Part shown: positions 28,838-38,871 of the stretch, in pieces
Layout of the letters: every line of letters begins with the position of its first letter
Numbering within the stretch: the first letter of the stretch is position 1
Source: a virus
Length of the DNA stretch: 64,000 nucleotides
UHGV virus genome: UHGV-0021337
Strand: one strand, 5' to 3'
Notes under the pieces: model-generated
Database searches by the model: none
Seen by the model: only the letters and a program-made list of their open reading frames with translations
Told to the model about the DNA's origin: nothing
Made by a program: the position numbers and the translations under genes

Positions 28838-29272
28838 ATGTCTCCGATAGTCACAATATTACTAACATCAGGCCTAGGAACATTACTAGCACTGATTGTT
28901 ACCAGTATTTATAACTGGGTGAAAGATAAACGACACGTTGGCGGTAAGAAGTTGAGCGCCAGATTTGACGCAATAACTGACAGTTTAGACTCATTGAATA
29001 AAAAAATTGATGACGTTAAAGTGACGGTTGAAAAGTCACAGGAACACGTTACTGAAACAACAGATAAGGCATTGCAAGCATTGTTAAGAAATAAACTTTA
29101 TGAAATTTATGATACGTGGGTGCCTAAAAAATATGCTCCAACAGACGCGAAAGAAAATTTTGAAAACTTATATCAAAGATATCATATATTAGGAAAAAAT
29201 GGTGTAATGGATGAAAAACGAAAAGTGTTCATGCAATTACCAGATATAAAGAAAAAGACGGAGGCTAAATAA
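28838..29272 (+). CDS. N-terminally membrane-anchored protein (1 TM) with coiled-coil C-terminus
   Basis: MSPIVTILLTSGLGTLLALIVTSIY, then charged sequence. Confidence 0.4.
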   Translation: MSPIVTILLTSGLGTLLALIVTSIYNWVKDKRHVGGKKLSARFDAITDSLDSLNKKIDDVKVTVEKSQEHVTETTDKALQALLRNKLYEIYDTWVPKKYAPTDAKENFENLYQRYHILGKNGVMDEKRKVFMQLPDIKKKTEAK

Positions 29273-29601
29273 TGAACTGGTTAGAAACTACACAAGGTAT
29301 TATAACTTTAATTTCGAGTGGTGTTGTGTTGTTAGGCACGCTAATAGGTTTAGGTGTAAACTTATACAAAGCTATAAAAGAACTTGTTAAAAACAAAGAT
29401 TGGGCAAAGATTATTAAAATTGCAGACGCGGCAATGATTGCAGCAGAAGCAGCTGGAAAGTCTGGTACAGATAAAAAGGCAATGGTTATTGAAGCAGTAG
29501 AAGCTGGGTGCAAGGAACTTGGAATAACTGTTGACTTAACACAGTTAAGTACTTATATTGATGAATGTATTGCATTCGCAAATAAGCTTAACAAGAAATA
29601 A
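29272..29601 (+). CDS. holin-like protein (single TM, phiLC3/Dp-1-type architecture)
   Basis: An N-terminal TM helix (GIITLISSGVVLLGTLIGLGV) is followed by a charged amphipathic tail (KKAMVIEAVEAGCKELG). Its position before the terminase is atypical, and no endolysin was seen. Confidence 0.4.
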   Translation: MNWLETTQGIITLISSGVVLLGTLIGLGVNLYKAIKELVKNKDWAKIIKIADAAMIAAEAAGKSGTDKKAMVIEAVEAGCKELGITVDLTQLSTYIDECIAFANKLNKK

Positions 29602-29620
29602 ACTCTCATAAGGATTCTAG

Positions 29621-31681
29621 TTGTCAATGACAAAAGAATTTGAAAAACTAAATATCAAAGGACTAGAAGACCTTAATCAACTCGATGAGAAGTCGCGTAA
29701 ATTAGCCCTTGACATTCTTAAAGAGTATTCGGATACCGGGTACTCTGAAACTATGAATAAAATAGTCTATGATGACTATAAAGAAATTCCTGTTGACATT
29801 GAAACATTCTTACACGACCCAACATATCTTGGTAAGGGTTTAGTTAATCAAGAAGGAAAATTTACCGTGTTTCCTTACTGGGTTGATGTTTTGAAAAAGA
29901 TATTTCCAGATAATGTAACAACCGCTTATAGAACTCTTGTTTTATCAGGAGCTATTGGTCTTGGTAAATCCTTTGTTGCAGTATTATGCATACTATATCA
30001 GCTGTATAGAATGTTATGTTTGAAAGACCCTTATTTACATTATGGGTTACAACCGATTGACAAAATAACATTTTCTGTAATGAACATAACTATGGAAGCA
30101 GCGAAAGGTGTTGCTTGGGACAAATTACAGCAACTTGTTCAATCCAGTCCTTGGTTTATGGCTCATGGAAGAGTTTCTGGTAGGGATACGTTAGAATGGC
30201 AACCATTACCAGGCATTGAACTTATATATGGTTCTCAACCTCGACACGTTATAGGTCGTGCTGTATTTTCTTCTTTTGAGGATGAAATTTCATTTCAGCT
30301 TAATCAAGATGTAGAGAAGCAAAAAGAAAAAGCAACACTTCTAATAAGCTCAATTGATGCTCGTATGCAGTCAAGATTTATGAAAGGTGAATATTTACCT
30401 ACATTGCACATACTTGCATCGTCAAAAAGGACTGACCAGTCATTTCTAGAAAGTTACATCGAGAATAAAAAGAAGAACGAAAGTAAAACTACACTTATAA
30501 TCGATGAACCACAATGGGTAATCAGAACCGACAAAGATAGTCCAAATAAATTCTATGTTGCTGTTGGCAACAAGTTTATGGATTCTGAAGTTCTGCCGTT
30601 AGATGTAAGTGACGCAGACTTAAAAATTTATACAGATAAAGGCTATACGTTACTTCGTGTACCTATGGGATACAGAGAACAATTTGTTGATGATATTGAT
30701 ATCGCATTAACAGACATCGCAGGTATATCAACATCAAATACAATGCGTTATTTATCTGGACCAAGAATACTTGAAGTAAAAGATAGAACTCTGAAAAATC
30801 CGTTTTCAAAAGACATAATAACTGTTGGAGACGGACTTGAAGATAACACACAGTATAGTGATTTCTTCGATATGAATAATGTCGATAAGTCGCTCATGTC
30901 ACACCCGTTGTTTATACATCTAGATATGTCTATATCGGGAGATAAAACTGGTATTGCAGGTGTTTGGATAAAAGGTAAGAAGCCTACAAAAGAAGGACAA
31001 GCTCCATCAAAAGAACTATATTTCCAACTTGCATTCAGCGTAGCAATAAAAGCGCCTAAAGGACATCAGATATCTTTTGAAAAGAATCGTGAGTTTATAC
31101 GCTGGCTGCGAAGTGTAGGATTTAATATAGCAGGAGTATCCAGCGATACATTCCAAAGTGCTCAAATACAGCAACAACTAAAAGCAGAACAGTTTAATTG
31201 CTCTATTATATCCGTTGACCGTGTAGATGCTGAAAGCAGAGTTTGCTTACCTTATCAATATCTGAAGTCAACTATCTATGAACACCGTATAATAATATAT
31301 GACTCTAACTTACTAACTGAAGAGTGGGTAGGACTTGTTCGCGATAATAATGGTCGTGTAGATCATGACCCCAGTGGAATAAATTCGAAAGATACAAGTG
31401 ACGCTGTTTGCGGAGCACTATTCAATGCCTCAAAAAACGCAGAACAGTTTGCATTTGACTTTGGTGAAGACTTAGATGAAATAGTAAGTCATAATGCGAC
31501 AGACGAACGGCAACAAGTAACAATACAACTCGAAGATGAGATGAAGAACTTACTTGACCCTGTTCAAAAATCAAAGAAAGAGCCAGAAAAAAGTCCATTC
31601 AAAGATTTCGGATTTGGAGCTGCTCAACAAACTGGATTCAATCCATATATCTCGCAAGGGATTATGTATTGGGGAGACTAA
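29621..31681 (+). CDS. terL: terminase large subunit
   Basis: Walker A LSGAIGLGKS is present near the N-terminus. The size is 686 aa, the C-terminal half is nuclease-like and acidic, and the portal gene follows immediately. Confidence 0.75.
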   Translation: MSMTKEFEKLNIKGLEDLNQLDEKSRKLALDILKEYSDTGYSETMNKIVYDDYKEIPVDIETFLHDPTYLGKGLVNQEGKFTVFPYWVDVLKKIFPDNVTTAYRTLVLSGAIGLGKSFVAVLCILYQLYRMLCLKDPYLHYGLQPIDKITFSVMNITMEAAKGVAWDKLQQLVQSSPWFMAHGRVSGRDTLEWQPLPGIELIYGSQPRHVIGRAVFSSFEDEISFQLNQDVEKQKEKATLLISSIDARMQSRFMKGEYLPTLHILASSKRTDQSFLESYIENKKKNESKTTLIIDEPQWVIRTDKDSPNKFYVAVGNKFMDSEVLPLDVSDADLKIYTDKGYTLLRVPMGYREQFVDDIDIALTDIAGISTSNTMRYLSGPRILEVKDRTLKNPFSKDIITVGDGLEDNTQYSDFFDMNNVDKSLMSHPLFIHLDMSISGDKTGIAGVWIKGKKPTKEGQAPSKELYFQLAFSVAIKAPKGHQISFEKNREFIRWLRSVGFNIAGVSSDTFQSAQIQQQLKAEQFNCSIISVDRVDAESRVCLPYQYLKSTIYEHRIIIYDSNLLTEEWVGLVRDNNGRVDHDPSGINSKDTSDAVCGALFNASKNAEQFAFDFGEDLDEIVSHNATDERQQVTIQLEDEMKNLLDPVQKSKKEPEKSPFKDFGFGAAQQTGFNPYISQGIMYWGD

Positions 31682-31684
31682 CAC

Positions 31685-33520
31685 ATGGATAATATAAATC
31701 AAACAGACACAGCTTTTGTACAAGATGACTCTGTCTATAATAAGAAAATAGAGGTACAACCTGCTCCAAAACTTGAGATAGGTGCTGATACTGAAAATAA
31801 ATTCTTCGACAATATTATACAAGCTGGACTATCTAACAAACTAGATTTATCCACTTTGGAAAACTTTACAACAGTTTCTCAACGTCGTGATCAACTTTAC
31901 AGTTTGATAGACACTATGTGTCAAGACTCTACAATTGCAGCGATACTTGAAACATACGCAGAAGATGCAACTGAGTATAATGATTCTCAACAAATAGTTT
32001 GGGTTGCCGCAGATGACGACAGCGTTAGAAAGTATGTTGAATATTTGTTGAATAAAATTAACGTAGATAAACATATTTTTGAGTGGGTTATAAATCTTTG
32101 CAAATACGGAGATGTATACTTAAGACTATATCGTAAGTCAGATTATGAAGATGACGCGAAGTTCTTTGATAATTATACAAGTAAAAAATCGTTAAAAGAA
32201 GCAGTTAAAATTCAAGCATATAGCGACGATGATACATATGCTCATTATGTTGAGATGATGCCAAACCCTGCAGAATACTACGAGTTAACAAAACACGGCA
32301 AAACATATGGATACATAAAAGCTCCTGTTATAACTCCTTCTAGTTTTAACACAAACGTAAACAATGTTTTACTGAATAAATTTAGTTACAACTTCAAACA
32401 ACAAGATGTAACAGTTTTTGATGCTACACAATTTGTTCATGCTGCATTGTACGACAATTCTAGCCGCACCCCTGAAGAAGTCAACATTAGTACCGAAGAT
32501 GATTCGAAGAACTATACATATACTGTTAAAAGAGGTCAATCCTTATTTTACAATGTATTTAAGGTGTGGAGAGAATTAAGACTTCTTGAAACTGCAATAC
32601 TATTAAACAGAATAACTAAATCATCTGTTGTTCGTATTGTCCAAGTAGAAGTTGGAGCTATGGATAAGACTATGGTAGGGCCACATCTTATCGGTATTAA
32701 ACAAATGTTTGAACAAAAAGCAGCTCTTGACACCGACAAGAGTATGACCGAATACAACAATCCAGGCCCAACTGAAAATAACGTTTACATTCCAACAAGG
32801 AACGGAGTTGGAGCAATACAAGTTCAGAATGTGGGCGGAGATACTCCAAATATAACAGGGCTTGCAGATTTAGACTACTTTAAGAATAAGTTTTATGGAG
32901 CACTTCGTATCCCTAAACAATTTTTCGGCGAAACCGAAGACGGTGGCGGATTTGATGCAGGAAAATCATTGTCTGTTATATCTTCAAGATATGCTAAGAT
33001 GATTAAACGAATTCAAAACTCAATAATTCAAGCAATAACAGATATGATAAATTTAATGCTTGTTGATGCACAACTTGATTCTTATGTAAATAAATTTACT
33101 ATCAAGATGCTACCTCCGACAACACAAGAAGCACTAGACAGAAGAGACAATACTCGTGAAAAAGTTGGTATTATACAAGATATTATGAATATACTCGGCG
33201 ATGTTGATAATCAAACAGTAAAACTCAAGATACTTAAAACATTGTTGGCTGACACGATTACGGACACAGATGTTGTAAATCTACTTCAGGAAGAAATAGA
33301 CAGAAAAGAACAGGAAGAAGATGAAAGCTTCACTACAACTGAAACAATTGAAGAGACTGAAAATGAAGTTAATCCTGAGCCTGAAAAACGTCGTTCATCT
33401 ATCGATTTAGATAGAGAGTTAGGTCTTACAAATGAACCAGCTGCAGAAGAAATAGAACCTTCTGACGAGATAATACTCCCACAACCAGCGTCATTAGGAC
33501 AAGACTTTACAAACTTGTAA
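31685..33520 (+). CDS. portal protein
   Basis: 611 aa, immediately after terL, with an acidic C-terminal tail. The call is positional and size-based. Confidence 0.55.
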   Translation: MDNINQTDTAFVQDDSVYNKKIEVQPAPKLEIGADTENKFFDNIIQAGLSNKLDLSTLENFTTVSQRRDQLYSLIDTMCQDSTIAAILETYAEDATEYNDSQQIVWVAADDDSVRKYVEYLLNKINVDKHIFEWVINLCKYGDVYLRLYRKSDYEDDAKFFDNYTSKKSLKEAVKIQAYSDDDTYAHYVEMMPNPAEYYELTKHGKTYGYIKAPVITPSSFNTNVNNVLLNKFSYNFKQQDVTVFDATQFVHAALYDNSSRTPEEVNISTEDDSKNYTYTVKRGQSLFYNVFKVWRELRLLETAILLNRITKSSVVRIVQVEVGAMDKTMVGPHLIGIKQMFEQKAALDTDKSMTEYNNPGPTENNVYIPTRNGVGAIQVQNVGGDTPNITGLADLDYFKNKFYGALRIPKQFFGETEDGGGFDAGKSLSVISSRYAKMIKRIQNSIIQAITDMINLMLVDAQLDSYVNKFTIKMLPPTTQEALDRRDNTREKVGIIQDIMNILGDVDNQTVKLKILKTLLADTITDTDVVNLLQEEIDRKEQEEDESFTTTETIEETENEVNPEPEKRRSSIDLDRELGLTNEPAAEEIEPSDEIILPQPASLGQDFTNL

Positions 33521-33673
33521 GCGTAAGTTTAACAGGTTTTATACTAAGGTAAATAATTTATACATGATTAGTTGTTTCGCCTGAGCAACACCTAAGTGCA
33601 AAGGCGAGCAACCTAATTTTATTTAATATTTCAATTTAATTTTTAGCCTGTTATACAGGAAGGAGTTAAAAAC

Positions 33674-34123
33674 ATGGCTTTAACAAAGAATGACTGCTTA
33701 TTACTACTAAGTGAAATTTCTGATAAAGGAATAAACACAGACCAAGTAACTACACAACTTTACGCTCAAAAAGAACTTCCTTTATCAGTTGTAAAATTTA
33801 TAAACGATAATCGCGAGCTAGACTTAACAAAATTCTACAAAAAACTTAGAAAAAGTTACAATGATAAACATTCAAAACTTTACTATAACATTGTAAAAGA
33901 AGTTGATGATACAACTTCAGTATTAACAACTTTAAGCTCGTTACAGCTTCAAATACTGTTATATTCAAAGCAAGCTGATAATATAGAGATGTTTTTGAAA
34001 AATGCTAGACTTTCAGAAATATCATATGTGCTGTTAAACTATGCAAAAACATATGACTTAACTCCGTGTCTCAAAGTGCTCCGGCTCATCAAAGCCGACC
34101 TAAAAGCACTTGAAACACTGTAA
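33674..34123 (+). CDS. hypothetical protein
   Basis: RBS caggaaggagttaaaaacatg. Confidence 0.4.
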   Translation: MALTKNDCLLLLSEISDKGINTDQVTTQLYAQKELPLSVVKFINDNRELDLTKFYKKLRKSYNDKHSKLYYNIVKEVDDTTSVLTTLSSLQLQILLYSKQADNIEMFLKNARLSEISYVLLNYAKTYDLTPCLKVLRLIKADLKALETL

Positions 34124-34203
34124 AAGTAGAAAGATTTTTAGATGTTTCGTCTTTTTGACGAACATATATAATATAACTTACTCATATATGCAATATAGAG
34201 TTA

Positions 34204-34241
34204 ATATGTTATTATATGAGTTTACGAATATAATAACATAT
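34204..34241. repeat. 13-bp perfect inverted repeat atatgttattata-N12-tataataacatat inside an AT-rich non-coding region with nested tatatgag palindromes
   Basis: Read directly in the 34140-34409 gap. Confidence 0.6.
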
Positions 34242-34292
34242 GTTTCTATATAAATATATGAGCTTTATAGCTAAATAATTTATTACATTATT

Positions 34293-34317
34293 ACGCGTAT
34301 GCGTACGCACGTGCGTG
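34293..34317. repeat. 25-nt perfect alternating purine-pyrimidine tract (acgcgtatgcgtacgcacgtgcgtg), Z-DNA-prone GC block in AT-rich DNA
   Basis: Read directly. It contains overlapping ACGCGT, GCGTACGC and CACGTG palindromes. Confidence 0.7.
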
Positions 34318-34499
34318 AGCAAGAAATCTAAACTTCTCGACTTTCTTGAATTTGTTAAGTTACTAGAAGTTTCAAGTACTAAATTACTTATCAATTTAAT
34401 TTAATAGTTTTGTATATGATTATAGCTTCTGGAGTTTTAGGTTATAGGTCTTGGTGGGCCCACCAGTTAGCCAGACTCTATAATCACTCTAGAGGTTGT

Positions 34500-35414
34500 A
34501 TGAATACAGGTGAATTAAAGTATAAATTACTAGAAACAGGTTTGTTTATTGATAATAACTACTTAGACAAGTATGTTCAACATGTGTTAACTCAAAATCA
34601 GCTTGTACATGTTAACTATCAAAGTGAAAAGCATCATATAATTCCACGTTGTTACTTTGTCGAGTTACATAAACCTGTTGATAATTCTTCGGAAAACATT
34701 GTAGATTTAATGCGTTCTGATCATTGTATAGCGCATGTGTTGTTAAGCTTATGTGCAAAATCTTCACGATTACAGCAAGCCAACTATACTGCTGCGTATT
34801 ACACATTGCGAACAAAAGGCAAAACTAAAATGCCGATTGAGGATATCAATAAACTTCAATCTTGGTTGCAAGAACTAAATCTTTCAAAAGCTGTGGACTT
34901 TACAAAGAGTGAACAGTTTAAATTTTTACATACACAACTTAGATGGTATACCGACGGTAAGAGTGAGTTGTATATGTCTATAGATAAAACAGTTCCCGAC
35001 GGTTATTTTCCTGGACGACTCAGAACTAGATTACAAGGTCTAAACAAAGGCACATTCTGGGCCAACGATGGAGTTAAAAACTTTAAAGTTACTTCACTTG
35101 ACAGTTTACCTGAAGGTGTACATGCAGGTATGTTACCAAGTGAATCAAAACACTGCAATTGTGGTCGTTTTGAACGCACACAAGCAACAAGAGATAAGTT
35201 AAGTGCTGCTCGTAAAGCTTATTATGCTAAAAATCCAGGGGTACGAAACGCAGGCAATTTTGTTAAAAGACAAGTCGGAATACTTTCTGGTCGTATCAGT
35301 ATAACTAATGGTGTTAAGAATAAGTTTATATTTAAGGAAGACCTTCCTAAGTGGGAATCAATAGGCTGGTACTGTGGATCAACTCAGGTGTGGCATAAAC
35401 GTAAAGGGAAATAA
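34500..35414 (+). CDS. free-standing HNH homing endonuclease
   Basis: HNH motif …EKHHIIPRCYFVELHKPVDNSSENIVDLMRSDHCIAH… of HNH_3 type, with a Cys/basic C-terminal DNA-binding region. It is inserted between portal and scaffold genes. ATG at 34500 follows tctagaggttgt; the track ORF begins at 34410. Confidence 0.7.
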   Translation: MNTGELKYKLLETGLFIDNNYLDKYVQHVLTQNQLVHVNYQSEKHHIIPRCYFVELHKPVDNSSENIVDLMRSDHCIAHVLLSLCAKSSRLQQANYTAAYYTLRTKGKTKMPIEDINKLQSWLQELNLSKAVDFTKSEQFKFLHTQLRWYTDGKSELYMSIDKTVPDGYFPGRLRTRLQGLNKGTFWANDGVKNFKVTSLDSLPEGVHAGMLPSESKHCNCGRFERTQATRDKLSAARKAYYAKNPGVRNAGNFVKRQVGILSGRISITNGVKNKFIFKEDLPKWESIGWYCGSTQVWHKRKGK

Positions 35415-35416
35415 AC

Positions 35417-36907
35417 ATGAGTGATGTTAGTTTTTCATACAAGTCTTTAAGCGAAGAAGAGAAAAAGTCTCGTAATATTCTTGGTAGACTCTCTGGTGTG
35501 CTTGCAGACTTTAAACATCCCACACGAAATGGGCGCTTATATTCAGAAGCGCTTTGGGATAAAACTCTAAATAGTGACTTATTTAAGGAGCAGATAAAAA
35601 ATCGCTGCGTCTTAGGAGAACTAGGTCACCCAGAAAATAGAGATGAGATAGACATAGAAAAAGTAGCTATTTGTTTATCTGAAACACCTACTAAGATGTC
35701 AGACGGCACAATTCAGGGGATATTTGATATTCTTGATACCCCGAATGGACGCATTCTTAAAACATTGTGTGACTACGGATGCAATATTGGGATTTCTAGC
35801 CGCGGGAACGGTGACGTTGAAACAAACGTGATGGGCGAGGAAGTCGTAGATCCTGACACCTACGACTTAAAGTGCTGGGATGCCGTATTGTTACCAGCCG
35901 TTAAAGCTGCAAGAATGCGTGTGGTCGAATCATTAGAAAATAAAAAGTCATTAAAACAAGCATTAACTGAAGCCTTAAATGATGCTGATGAAGATGCTCG
36001 TAAAGTAATGACTGATACATTAAACAACTTAAAAATTGATATTGAAGAGTCCGAAGCCGAAGAAACAGTTGACGATGTCAAAGTTGAAATGGTAAAAGAA
36101 CTTCAAGAATCGATTAAGGCAAAACAATCTTTAGAAACTGAAAATAGACACTTACAAGAAAAGTTGTCAGTTTGCTATGCAAAAGAAACCAGCCTTGAAG
36201 AAGAATTACAAAGATTTAAATCTACTGTAGTTTCATTGTCTGACAGTGCAAAGAAAGTTAAACCTTTACAAACAAAAGTTGAAGCTTTAACTGAAGCATT
36301 AAATGCAAAAGATGAAGTTATCAACAAGATGAATGTAAGAATTCAAAAACTAACTGAAAGTTTGAAAGCTTCAGAAAGTCAACAAACAAGATTAACTGAA
36401 AATTTATCTGCTAAATCAAAAGAGGCTGATAAACGCTTGAATGAAAGTCTTGCTAAAAACAAAACTTTAATAGAGCAAGTTAAGAAATTTGAAGAAGAAA
36501 AAGCACAACTTAAAGAAAGTTTAGAAAACTTACGCAAAGACGCATCGTTGAAAGCAAATGAGTACAAAGCGTCACTTGAAAAAACTTCTAAATTAGTAGA
36601 ACACTATAAACAAGTTGCTAACAATGTTTCCGATTACTACATAAAATCGAGAGCAGCTGCGTTAGGTATTTCTGCACAAGAAATAAAAAATAGACTTGCT
36701 GAAAGTTACACTTATGAAGATGTTAATAAAGTGTGCGATGATATTCGTGATTATCAACTAAATGTGTCGAAACTACCTTTCGACTTAAAACGTTCAAAAG
36801 TGAAAGTTACTGAGTCAAAAGAAACTCTAGCTCCTCTAAAACAAAATCTCGACGACGAAGTCGACGAACAACTTTTAGGGTTAGCAAACTCAATGATTAA
36901 AAAATAA
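35417..36907 (+). CDS. scaffolding protein, possibly a prohead-protease/scaffold fusion
   Basis: An N-terminal ~170-aa globular domain with GELGHPENRDE and GISSRGNGD (candidate His/Ser) is followed by ~300 aa of coiled coil (heptad-rich E/K/L). It sits directly upstream of the major capsid gene. Confidence 0.5.
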   Translation: MSDVSFSYKSLSEEEKKSRNILGRLSGVLADFKHPTRNGRLYSEALWDKTLNSDLFKEQIKNRCVLGELGHPENRDEIDIEKVAICLSETPTKMSDGTIQGIFDILDTPNGRILKTLCDYGCNIGISSRGNGDVETNVMGEEVVDPDTYDLKCWDAVLLPAVKAARMRVVESLENKKSLKQALTEALNDADEDARKVMTDTLNNLKIDIEESEAEETVDDVKVEMVKELQESIKAKQSLETENRHLQEKLSVCYAKETSLEEELQRFKSTVVSLSDSAKKVKPLQTKVEALTEALNAKDEVINKMNVRIQKLTESLKASESQQTRLTENLSAKSKEADKRLNESLAKNKTLIEQVKKFEEEKAQLKESLENLRKDASLKANEYKASLEKTSKLVEHYKQVANNVSDYYIKSRAAALGISAQEIKNRLAESYTYEDVNKVCDDIRDYQLNVSKLPFDLKRSKVKVTESKETLAPLKQNLDDEVDEQLLGLANSMIKK

Positions 36908-36928
36908 TTAAGAAGGAAAAATACACTT

Positions 36929-38332
36929 ATGGCAACATTGCTTGAAAATTATGCTAAGAAATTAGCGATTTCTGAATCTGTTTATGCCAATGCACATAGC
37001 GGTGCTAAACTTTCTGACACAAAGAAAATAGCAATTGCTACTGTACTTGACAACACATCCAAATTCCTCAACGAAGCTTTTACTAACTCCGTTGGTACTC
37101 AAAGAGCAGATATGGGATTATTTAAACGTTTCTGCTTGAACCTGACTACTGTCACGATGCCAAACCTTATTGCGTCTGACCTTGTTATCGTTCATCCAAT
37201 GACCTCTATGGCCGGATACATTGCATATGTTCAGTATGTAAAAGGAACTAACAAAGGTGAAAGCAAACAAGGCGACCTTATCGCTGATCCTTTCAAACTT
37301 GGAAAAGTTGATGCGAACTATACTGCGGCTAGAGTAGTTGAAACATTCAAAGGTGACGCAACTACTAAAGACTTCACCGTTGCGTGGACTCCTGTTTTTG
37401 ACAAGAAAGATGCTAACGGTAAATACGTTGAACTTAAAGTTTTTGTAAACGGTGTTCAAGAAGCTGATGCTGATATCACAGTTGACAGCGCTACTGGTAA
37501 AATTACACTTAAAAATGCTCCTGGAACAGACGTTGAAGTTCGTATTGCTTATGTTTATGACAACATCGTTATTCCTCAGAACGACCTCCCCATTCTTAAC
37601 GCACAGATGACTTCTATGCCTCTTTTAGCTAAAGCTCGTAGAATCGCTGTTTACTACAGCCAGATCGCTGCTTTCCAAGCTAAACAGGATTATGGATTTG
37701 ATCTTGGTGATCAACTTGCAGAAAAAGCAGTTGCAGAACTTGCTTATGAAATTGATACTGAAATCACAAATCTTCTTATCGAAAATGCAGACGCTGATAC
37801 AACGTTGAGATGGAATAAAGCTCTTCCCACTGGTGTTTCTAAAGCAGAACATTATGCAGGTTTCGGTGAAATAGTTGAAGATGCTGCAAAAGTTATCTAC
37901 AAAAGAACTCAGAAACACATGCCTACTTACATGCTTATCTCTCCTGAAATTAAACCTGTGTTGAAATTTGTTCCTGGATTTACTGCTGCTTCTGTAACAA
38001 CTGTTAATGGTCCTTACTATGCAGGAACGCTTGATGGTTTGAAAGTATTCGTAACTCCTAACATTGAAGATAATAAATTTGTTCTCGGTGTTAATGGAAA
38101 CGATATGATGACCAGCGCAGCTGTTTATGCTCCTTATATGGCCATCGTTCCTACTCAACTTCTACAGTACGCTGACGGCGGAACAAGCCAGGGCTTCAGC
38201 ACAATGTACGATTTGAAAATCCTTAACAAAGACCTTCTTGTTAAAGGCGAAATCTACACTGACGTAACTGAAATCGTTTCCAACGTAGTTGGGTCGAGAG
38301 AAGTTGCTAAAGGCGACAACGGTCAAGTTTAA
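36929..38332 (+). CDS. major capsid protein (with Ig-like insertion)
   Basis: 467 aa, following the scaffold and followed by a strong terminator. There is an internal BIG2/Ig-like segment (…TVAWTPVFDKKDANGKYVELKVFVNGVQEADADITVDSATGKITLKNAPGTDVEV…). The highest-expression signals in the window are here (RBS aagaaggaaaaatacactt, terminator). Confidence 0.65.
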   Translation: MATLLENYAKKLAISESVYANAHSGAKLSDTKKIAIATVLDNTSKFLNEAFTNSVGTQRADMGLFKRFCLNLTTVTMPNLIASDLVIVHPMTSMAGYIAYVQYVKGTNKGESKQGDLIADPFKLGKVDANYTAARVVETFKGDATTKDFTVAWTPVFDKKDANGKYVELKVFVNGVQEADADITVDSATGKITLKNAPGTDVEVRIAYVYDNIVIPQNDLPILNAQMTSMPLLAKARRIAVYYSQIAAFQAKQDYGFDLGDQLAEKAVAELAYEIDTEITNLLIENADADTTLRWNKALPTGVSKAEHYAGFGEIVEDAAKVIYKRTQKHMPTYMLISPEIKPVLKFVPGFTAASVTTVNGPYYAGTLDGLKVFVTPNIEDNKFVLGVNGNDMMTSAAVYAPYMAIVPTQLLQYADGGTSQGFSTMYDLKILNKDLLVKGEIYTDVTEIVSNVVGSREVAKGDNGQV

Positions 38333-38352
38333 TCTTTAAACTAACTAAATCA

Positions 38353-38386
38353 AAGAGCAAGTAAAATTTACTTGCTCTTTTTTGGT
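38353..38386 (+). terminator. rho-independent terminator after the capsid gene
   Basis: Perfect 11-bp stem aagagcaagta / tacttgctctt, loop aaatt, then ttttgg. Confidence 0.85.
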
Positions 38387-38393
38387 TATTTCT

Positions 38394-38421
38394 TGTATTC
38401 TTAGTATAATTCTTGTATAAT
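38394..38421 (+). promoter_or_regulatory. sigma-A type promoter (TTGTAT-16-TATAAT)
   Basis: ttgtat at 38394-38399 and tataat at 38416-38421, upstream of the gene at 38459. Confidence 0.5.
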
Positions 38422-38458
38422 AACTAACCACGACCTCTAAATTGAAGGAGAATATAAA

Positions 38459-38734
38459 ATGAAACCTTTTGTTGTTTATATCAAACCAAATAAGAATGAT
38501 AACATAACACTAACCAAAGAAGAATTTGAACAGTATATTCAAGCAGCTTATGATAAAGGCTATGCAGACGGAGAGGCTGTTGGAGGTGTGACAATTACAC
38601 CTTCGCCTGTAACACCTTTAACTAATCCAGGAACTCCTTTGAACCCCTGGTATAGTACTCCTATTACTTGTGATACTGCTCATCCTAAAACTTGCGAGTT
38701 AAACAAAAGCACTGGCGTCACACTTCATTCATAG
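38459..38734 (+). CDS. hypothetical protein
   Basis: RBS gaaggagaatataaaatg. Confidence 0.35.
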   Translation: MKPFVVYIKPNKNDNITLTKEEFEQYIQAAYDKGYADGEAVGGVTITPSPVTPLTNPGTPLNPWYSTPITCDTAHPKTCELNKSTGVTLHS

Positions 38735-38871
38735 ATAATTCATAAAACTTTAGTTACATTCAACTAAATTATTTATATCAAGTGTGGTAAAGAGTCTTTA
38801 TGACTTTTACATAGCGCTTAAGAGACTAGTCACACCTCCGCTAGTCTCTTGAGTTGCAGATTAAGGAACTT

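Noticed and set aside
29272-29601. Endolysin adjacent to the holin-like gene
   Set aside because: Neither flanking gene (28838..29272 or terL) shows amidase, lysozyme or peptidase motifs. The endolysin is probably outside the window, or the holin call is wrong.
33560-33620. Possible tRNA or structured RNA in the portal-downstream gap (gttgtttcgcctgagcaacacctaagtgcaaaggcgagcaacc with gagcaac direct repeat)
   Set aside because: I could not fold it into a cloverleaf with acceptor, D, anticodon and T arms of the right lengths. It is more likely an imperfect terminator hairpin followed by ctaattttattt. tRNAscan would settle it.
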